Shown here: piece by piece, positions 61,761-64,000 of the stretch
How the letters are laid out: each line of letters starts with the position of its first letter
How positions within the stretch are numbered: position 1 is the first letter of the stretch
Source of the DNA: Octopus bimaculoides
Taxonomy: Eukaryota
Assembly: GCF_001194135.2 (NCBI RefSeq)
Contig: NC_068988.1
Location: forward strand, 86,037,480-86,101,479
Reading direction: 5' to 3'
Length of the DNA: 64,000 bases
The notes under the pieces: model-generated
The model's database searches: none
The model's input: only the letters and a program-made list of their open reading frames with translations
What the model was told of the DNA's origin: nothing
Made by a program: the position numbers and the translations under genes

Positions 61761-62622
61761 TACCAACTCCTTTGTCTTTTCGCCTCTCATCACTCTTGAT
61801 GTATCCAACACTAACCATTATTCCCAATCCTTTCTTCCCCAGAGCATTATTCCACTGGAATCTTTTTTCTATTCATGTTTTTTGCTACTTCTGTTGACCT
61901 GCAACAGTTTAAAAGGAACTTAATGACATTGAGCTCACCAGCCTTGGAGAGACTGCAAAGATCTTGGACAATGCCTCTTCCTCCAGACCTAATGAGTAAA
62001 ATAAAAATTAAAAAATTTGTGTTACTATATTTGATTCAAGGAGTATTAAAAGAGTTAACTAGAAATAATTACATCCTCCTCACCATCATTAACATTTAAT
62101 GTCCACTTTCCATGCTGACATTGGTTAGACAGTTTGACTGGAACTGGTAAGCTGGAGAGCCACACCAAGTTCCAATCTGGCTTGGCATGGTTTCTACAGC
62201 TGAATGCTCTTACTAATGCCAACCATTCCAAGAGTGCAATGGCTGCTTTTCAAGTGTCACCAGTACAGGTGCAATTTACATGACACTGCCAATGGCCACG
62301 ACTATGATTTCACTCGGTTTGATGAGTCTTCTCAAGCACAGAAGACTCATGAATTATTTCTAATAAGTACAAAAGACAACTGTGCCCATGTTACAATCTT
62401 ATTGTGATCTCATCATCAAAGCACACCCTTCACTGTACTTGTTAAAGTAAAGAAGAAACAATTAATAAATAAGTGTCCAAGATCGTACATTGGTTGTTGT
62501 ATGAAATTACATTTTTTTAAACTTAAATAGTTATTTTAACTATTTTACCATTTGTATAGAAATAATATAAAATATTCTACAACCTCCTAACATCACCAAA
62601 AATAAAAGTTGTTACTTGCAAA

Positions 62623-62799
62623 AGAGTAGCTGTGTGGTAAGTAGCTTGCTTACCAACCACATGGTTCCGGGTTCAGTCCCACTGCATGGCACCTTGGGCA
62701 AGTGTCTTCTACTATAGCCTCGGGCCAACCAAAGCCTTGTGAGTGGAATTGGTAGACAGAAACTGAAAGAAGCCCGTCGTATATATGTATATATATATG

Positions 62800-62865
<66 letters not shown>

Positions 62866-63067
62866 TGTGTGTCTGTATTTGTCTCCCAACCATCGCTTGA
62901 CAACCGATGCTAGTGTGTTTACGTCCCCGTAACTTAGCGGTTTGGCAAAAAGAGACCGATAGAATGAGTACTAGGCTTACAAAGAATAAGTCCTGGGGTC
63001 GATTTTCTCGACTAAAGTTGGTGCTCCAGCATGGCCGCAGTCAAATGACTGAAACAAGTAAAAGAGT
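62623..63067 (+). mobile_element. SINE family A, full-length young copy
   Basis: Near-identical to 3557-3966 apart from the internal microsatellite. Confidence 0.9.
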
Positions 63068-63657
63068 GTAACATTAGTTGCTTTAGGACCTATATAGTTG
63101 CAAACACAGACCCTTCTCATCTTTGATCCAGGAGTATCCAGGATTTGAGGGATAGAGGACCATTTGAGAGATAGAGGACCATACCAGAACTTGGCTGGTA
63201 TCAATTTCAACTCAGCAGACTGGAGCAACATGAAATGATGTATTGTTCCCAAAGATACAACATGCGACCCAGTCCAAGAATTGAATTATGACTTTGAGCC
63301 CAACACCTTAACCACTAGGCAACAAAATATAGACCTAACTTAAAAGTAATATGCAGATAGCTACACAAATTCCTTAGTGTAATTGCTTGTAAAATTTATT
63401 CATCCAACAAGAGCAGTTCATGTCAATAATCAAAGCTGAGAAAATTATTTTAAACAAATAATACAACATCTTCCCTGAAAGTGTTTATAGGATATTATAC
63501 TTGGTATGAACAATTCAGAATGAAAGTTTAAGTAAAAAAATATTTACCATAACCAAAAGTAAACATGTTTTTATAAGGATGGGAATTTGTCTGCTTGCCA
63601 ACACAGTTATGTGATGTAAATACACTTCAGTATGTTTAATATATTTATAAATATACC

Positions 63658-64000
63658 CATAGCTGATCTTGAGAGAAAAGCTGAACATTAGAAGCATCAG
63701 TTGTGGCGTGCAAGAGAGACGATTGCGCTGGTATGGACATGTGGTGAGAATGGAGGAGGATAGCTGCGTGAAAAAGTGCCACACCCTAACAGTTGAGGGA
63801 ACCCGTGGAAGAGGTAGGCCCAGGAAGACCTGGGCTGAGGTGGTGAGGCAAGACCTTCGTACATTGGGCCTCACCGAGGCGATGACTACGGACCGAGACC
63901 TTTGGAAATGGGCTGTGCGTGAGAAGACCCGGCAAGCCAAGTAAGATCGTTGCCAGTTCCCCTGGACTGGTTCTTGTGCGGGTGGCACATGAGATGCACC
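63658..64000 (+). mobile_element. RTE LINE ORF C-terminus and start of the 3' UTR
   Basis: ORF 63669-63944: RRLRWYGHVVRM...GRGRPRKTW...DRDLWKWAV; continues past the window end. Confidence 0.9.

Overview
AT-rich, microsatellite-dense animal genomic DNA from a gapped draft assembly, with 14 N-runs that mostly abut simple repeats. The repeat families and the lone tandem C2H2 gene point to a coleoid cephalopod, most likely Octopus (inference). Only one intact host gene is supported: a single coding exon for an 18-finger C2H2 zinc-finger protein (39909-41651, +). The rest is transposon debris: three tRNA-derived SINE families, RTE and R4/Dong LINE fragments, Penelope-like (PLE) RT and GIY-YIG pieces, mariner, Tc1/maT and hAT remnants, and several MITEs with readable TIRs and TSDs. 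The most unusual signals are: (i) at least five distinct minimal type-I hammerhead-ribozyme-like motifs, including a U3:A8 variant pair in a ~490-bp palindrome and one motif per unit of a ~151-bp tandem array; (ii) GG-ended non-autonomous elements carrying TTAGGG tracts (8-bp TSD in one), plus a separate outward-facing telomeric palindrome; (iii) an apparent switch from CpG-retaining to CpG-decayed DNA at about 31-32 kb; (iv) a 6-finger higher-order repeat inside the zinc-finger array. Almost all short ORFs in the supplied track are spurious. Repeat boundaries without a stated TSD are approximate, and family names come from motif recognition by eye, not from database searches.
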